From assembly GCA_051294375.1 (NCBI GenBank), contig CM119268.1, positions 981,218 to 1,045,217 on the forward strand: DNA of 64,000 bases, given 5' to 3'. The notes beneath the pieces were generated by a model, which was given only the letters and a program-made list of their open reading frames with translations, made no database searches and had not been told where the DNA came from. A program made the position numbers and the translations under genes. Source of the stretch: Paraspadella gotoi (Eukaryota > Animalia > Chaetognatha). Shown here one piece after another: positions 63,401 through 64,000 of this stretch. Within the stretch, counting starts at the first letter, position 1. Every line of letters begins with the position of its first letter.

Positions 63401-64000
63401 CGGCGCCCTCATACGTCACCAGATGCTTGCTCGTCAAAAACGTCAAATCGAAGGAGGAACGTAAAGTGTGGCATCTCCAACTCACCGAATGGCCCGACCA
63501 TGGATGCCCAGAGGATGTTCATAGTTTTTTGGGTAGGCTTACTTTAAATGTTAATATAATTGTGAATTTAATTATACTTAATTTGTCCTGCGTTTTATTT
63601 TCGCAGCCTACATCGAAGAGCTGGAGTCCATCCGTCGACACGTGGCGTCCGAGGCGCAGACGACGAAATCCCGCCAATCAGCGACGAGATCAAATTCCAA
63701 CCAATCGGAGAAGAGATCGACGCTAACTGCCGGCGCTTCGCTGTTCGGCGGGAGGGGATCGTCCGGAAGCCGCAAGTCCGACCCAATAAGTAAGTTACTA
63801 CTTCGACTGGTTTGATTAACACATTGTAATTAAAAGAATACGATTGATTAAAAATCATATTTAACTTGTTTTGGCTGTGCAGGTCCTCCGAAATCACCCA
63901 CGCAATCCGCCGACGCTCCGCCGCCGCCGACGCTTGTCCACTGCACCGCCGGCGTCGGCAGAACCGGCGTACTCATCCTCACCGAAGTCATGATGGCCTG
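25966..64000 (+). CDS. PTPN14: FERM-domain non-receptor protein tyrosine phosphatase, PTPN14/PTPN21/Pez family; multi-exon, partial at both ends
   Basis: 32 manually spliced GT-AG exons. They give FERM F2/F3 motifs ([50 protein letters not shown]), family linker motifs ([30 protein letters not shown]) and a PTP domain ([44 protein letters not shown]). Probably the single invertebrate co-orthologue of PTPN14 and PTPN21. Confidence 0.93.
26440..26589 (-). mobile_element. Dispersed repeat family C copy (abuts N gap)
   Basis: reverse complement GAGTGCCCCATTTCTGTT...AATCCCTAACC resembles 42972-43115. Confidence 0.48.
30183..30328. repeat. ~70-bp tandem duplication
   Basis: AGAGAAAACATTGGTAGGGCAGGGTGCAATCTGTGTGAAGTTACTCCGTCGTTTGAAAAG occurs twice. 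Confidence 0.88.
30343..30520. mobile_element. MITE-like element with ~27-bp terminal inverted repeats
   Basis: AATTTTACTTTCGCCGACCG.GGTT ... AACC.CGGTCGGCGAAAGTAAAATT; interior GGTTAGG-like repeats; no clear TSD. Confidence 0.6.
31020..31150. repeat. 20-bp tandem repeat (GGATTAAAATGCCCCCTACC)
   Basis: about 5-6 units. Confidence 0.85.
31370..31778. repeat. 21-22-bp minisatellite (TCGTTCCCCGGCCGCGATCCCT)
   Basis: about 18 diverged units. Confidence 0.88.
31917..32258 (+). mobile_element. DINE-1/HINE-like non-autonomous Helentron, copy 1
   Basis: 5' hairpin AGTTGCGCCGCGAGTACTCGCGGAGCAACT, (GGTC/GTCT)n microsatellite, 3' subterminal IR GCGGCGCAAC, short stem-loop, TCTTGTT end, T-rich flanks. 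Confidence 0.8.
33053..33196 (+). CDS. PTPN14: PTP exon, FERM F2
   Basis: ttacag / [48 protein letters not shown] / gtgagt. Confidence 0.92.
33440..33852. repeat. (CT)/(C)n polypyrimidine tract
   Basis: nearly pure C/T. Confidence 0.88.
34075..34165 (+). CDS. PTPN14: PTP exon, FERM F2/F3
   Basis: tttcag / [30 protein letters not shown] / gtgagg. Confidence 0.9.
34264..34346 (+). CDS. PTPN14: PTP exon, FERM F3
   Basis: cgcag / [28 protein letters not shown] / gtgagt; 1-nt phase conflict with the preceding exon. Confidence 0.85.
34562..34622 (+). CDS. PTPN14: PTP exon, FERM F3
   Basis: cttaag / [20 protein letters not shown] / gtaaaa. Confidence 0.9.
34687..34832 (+). CDS. PTPN14: PTP exon, FERM F3 with S/T-rich insert
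   Basis: atatag / [49 protein letters not shown] / gtcctt. Confidence 0.87.
34999..35088 (+). CDS. PTPN14: PTP exon, end of FERM and start of linker
   Basis: tgtcag / [29 protein letters not shown] / gtttga; phases consistent. Confidence 0.82.
35235..35271 (+). CDS. PTPN14: PTP linker micro-exon
   Basis: strong pyrimidine tract + gcag / [12 protein letters not shown] / gtgagt. Confidence 0.75.
35421..35529 (-). CDS. lipocalin exon 5 (C-terminal helix, stop)
   Basis: ttctacag / [35 protein letters not shown]. Confidence 0.92.
35421..37024 (-). CDS. Secreted lipocalin, apolipoprotein D/Lazarillo-like, 197 aa, 5 exons, nested antisense in a PTP intron
   Basis: complement(join(35421..35529,36050..36220,36341..36441,36550..36631,36894..37024)) = 594 nt from ATG to TGA. 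All introns are GT-AG and in phase. Hydrophobic signal peptide, GxW motif (RFNGRW), [23 protein letters not shown]-terminal [16 protein letters not shown], 4 Cys in the mature chain. Confidence 0.93.
35561..35988 (+). mobile_element. DINE-1/HINE-like element, copy 2 (divergent interior; lies in the last lipocalin intron)
   Basis: same 5' hairpin and (GGTC)n; shared AATTCCGATGCA block; CCGTTCTTGTT end. Confidence 0.72.
36050..36220 (-). CDS. lipocalin exon 4 (SCR2 TDY, SCR3)
   Basis: ccgaag / [57 protein letters not shown] / gtcagg. Confidence 0.93.
36341..36441 (-). CDS. lipocalin exon 3
   Basis: ctaatctcag / [34 protein letters not shown] / gtaagt. Confidence 0.88.
36550..36631 (-). CDS. 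lipocalin exon 2 (SCR1 GxW)
   Basis: cccaag / [27 protein letters not shown] / gtgagg. Confidence 0.9.
36894..37024 (-). CDS. lipocalin exon 1 (signal peptide)
   Basis: [44 protein letters not shown] / gttcac. Confidence 0.87.
37339..37680 (+). mobile_element. DINE-1/HINE-like element, copy 3
   Basis: colinear similarity to copies 1 and 4, inserted in a T run. Confidence 0.75.
38033..38078 (+). CDS. PTPN14: PTP linker micro-exon
   Basis: long T tract + cag / [15 protein letters not shown] / gtaagt; phase 0 to 1 fits neighbours. Confidence 0.72.
42008..42280 (+). CDS. PTPN14: PTP linker exon (symmetric, poly-Gly; possibly alternative)
   Basis: 273-nt GC-rich open frame [17 protein letters not shown]...[11 protein letters not shown]...GGGGGGGGGG...VVE; phase 1-1; atypical A-rich acceptor. 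Confidence 0.62.
42972..43295 (+). mobile_element. Dispersed repeat family C with degenerate CCTAA repeats
   Basis: first ~145 bp align with the reverse complement of 26440-26589; internal IR TTTTCCAAGA...TCTTGGAAAA. Confidence 0.5.
43396..43674 (+). CDS. PTPN14: PTP linker exon, Q/P-rich
   Basis: ctcaag / [13 protein letters not shown]...QQPPQQP...SSPETRET / gtgagt. Confidence 0.78.
44083..44165. repeat. 10-bp tandem repeat (ATTATATTAA)n
   Basis: about 8 units. Confidence 0.9.
44624..44818 (+). CDS. PTPN14: PTP linker exon
   Basis: cccag / [23 protein letters not shown]...PRTRDPQ / gtgaac; open in phase 0-0, which conflicts with the preceding donor phase. Confidence 0.62.
45488..45535 (+). 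CDS. PTPN14: PTP linker micro-exon, poly-Q
   Basis: tggcag / [16 protein letters not shown] / gtgagt. Confidence 0.72.
48345..48580. repeat. ~66-bp diverged tandem repeat x3
   Basis: recurring GTCATT.AGCTTCTCTTT and GTCATT...CTTCAC blocks. Confidence 0.65.
51025..51172 (+). CDS. PTPN14: PTP linker exon, S/Q-rich
   Basis: tttcag / [14 protein letters not shown]...[27 protein letters not shown] / gtgata. Confidence 0.75.
53120..53324 (+). CDS. PTPN14: PTP linker exon
   Basis: tcccag / [21 protein letters not shown]...FAQRVPEYR / gtaggt. Confidence 0.85.
53927..53989 (+). CDS. PTPN14: PTP linker exon with conserved TPDYE motif
   Basis: gtttag / [20 protein letters not shown] / gttagc; resembles PTPN14/21 YRPTPDYETV. 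Confidence 0.87.
54640..55283 (+). repeat. ~30-bp tandem array (~22 units) made of a 3' splice site plus exon start
   Basis: unit TTTTTATTTTYTCAAG|GTCATCCCATATCA; the last unit runs into exon 55270-55340. Confidence 0.9.
55270..55340 (+). CDS. PTPN14: PTP linker exon starting in the last unit of the splice-acceptor tandem array
   Basis: ctcaag / [24 protein letters not shown] / gtgaga; supplies the phase 2 to 1 bridge required between the flanking exons. Confidence 0.78.
55624..55876. repeat. 17-bp tandem repeat (GCRATTAAATTGCAAAG)
   Basis: about 15 units. Confidence 0.9.
56248..56584 (+). CDS. PTPN14: PTP linker exon
   Basis: aatcag / [12 protein letters not shown]...(STNQLH)x3...SQIQSIR / gttaat; this donor was chosen by phase. 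Confidence 0.78.
56655..56828 (+). CDS. PTPN14: PTP linker exon with PPPY motif
   Basis: ttccag / [13 protein letters not shown]...NGLSNG / gtgagg. Confidence 0.83.
56940..57175 (+). CDS. PTPN14: PTP linker exon
   Basis: cctcag / [11 protein letters not shown]...[12 protein letters not shown] / gtaaaa. Confidence 0.8.
57575..57700 (-). mobile_element. Dispersed repeat family B copy
   Basis: CCTCCATCACTC.TACAAGATAATGACATAGC...CGTTTATTCA.TCCCAGAGTA block shared with the other copies. Confidence 0.62.
57759..58141 (+). CDS. PTPN14: PTP linker exon
   Basis: tgtcag / [14 protein letters not shown]...SYSVPDLH...HKSVTRLT / gtaaga. Confidence 0.83.
58311..59022 (+). CDS. PTPN14: PTP linker exon (largest)
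   Basis: ttccag / [13 protein letters not shown]...[12 protein letters not shown]...LEEKP / gtgagt; 712-nt open frame. Confidence 0.83.
59412..59747 (+). CDS. PTPN14: PTP linker exon
   Basis: cttcag / [10 protein letters not shown]...[11 protein letters not shown]...LNQLQAVL / gtaagt; an upstream AG at 59391 is possible but out of phase. Confidence 0.72.
59964..60311 (+). CDS. PTPN14: PTP linker exon
   Basis: cgccag / [13 protein letters not shown]...APPLPLRRR...SEIRNT / gtaggg. Confidence 0.8.
60349..60573 (-). mobile_element. Putative SINE, second copy
   Basis: shares both ends (TATGGCAACGGGG and AGGATTCGCC) and the GCTGTCCAAG block with the reverse complement of 6415-6580. Confidence 0.5.
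60715..60922 (+). CDS. PTPN14: PTP linker exon, acidic
   Basis: atccag / [15 protein letters not shown]...[14 protein letters not shown] / gtgagt. Confidence 0.8.
60956..61296 (+). mobile_element. DINE-1/HINE-like element, copy 4
   Basis: intact 5' hairpin, (GTCT/GTCC)n, GCGGCGCAAC subTIR, ATCGG-ATGTA-CTGAT stem-loop, CTTGTT end. Confidence 0.8.
61658..61802 (+). CDS. PTPN14: PTP exon, conserved pre-catalytic region
   Basis: ttgcag / [14 protein letters not shown]...[15 protein letters not shown] / gtgagc; resembles PTPN21 GPLKLAALNGL...DER. Confidence 0.9.
62250..62438 (+). CDS. PTPN14: PTP catalytic domain exon
   Basis: [12 protein letters not shown]...[38 protein letters not shown]. Confidence 0.95.
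62733..62869 (+). CDS. PTPN14: PTP catalytic domain exon
   Basis: [45 protein letters not shown]. Confidence 0.94.
63190..63304 (+). CDS. PTPN14: PTP catalytic domain exon
   Basis: ccgcag / [38 protein letters not shown] / gtaagt. Confidence 0.88.
63373..63532 (+). CDS. PTPN14: PTP catalytic domain exon (WPD loop)
   Basis: [53 protein letters not shown]. Confidence 0.95.
63607..63789 (+). CDS. PTPN14: PTP catalytic domain exon with long insert
   Basis: tcgcag / [24 protein letters not shown]...SRKSDPI / gtaagt. Confidence 0.9.
63883..64000 (+). CDS. PTPN14: PTP catalytic domain exon (P-loop), truncated by window end
   Basis: [39 protein letters not shown]. Confidence 0.96.

Overview
Eukaryotic genomic DNA from a draft assembly, probably an invertebrate animal: GT-AG introns, no obvious CpG depletion, six large and three 10-bp N gaps, and visible indel noise. 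The main feature is an intron-rich + strand FERM-domain protein tyrosine phosphatase gene of the PTPN14/PTPN21/Pez family. I could assemble 32 candidate exons from 25966 to the window end. The FERM F1 exons are not confidently located and the 3' end runs off the window. A complete 5-exon, 197-aa secreted ApoD/Lazarillo-like lipocalin gene, missed by the ORF track, is nested antisense inside one intron (35421-37024). Another intron ends in about 22 tandem copies of its own 3' splice site (54640-55283). The remainder is satellites, microsatellites, a DINE-1/HINE-like non-autonomous Helentron family, other dispersed repeats, and a probable false duplication across a 100-N gap. Almost all long ORFs in the supplied track are low-complexity artefacts. 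All family assignments come from manual translation and recalled motifs; no searches were run.
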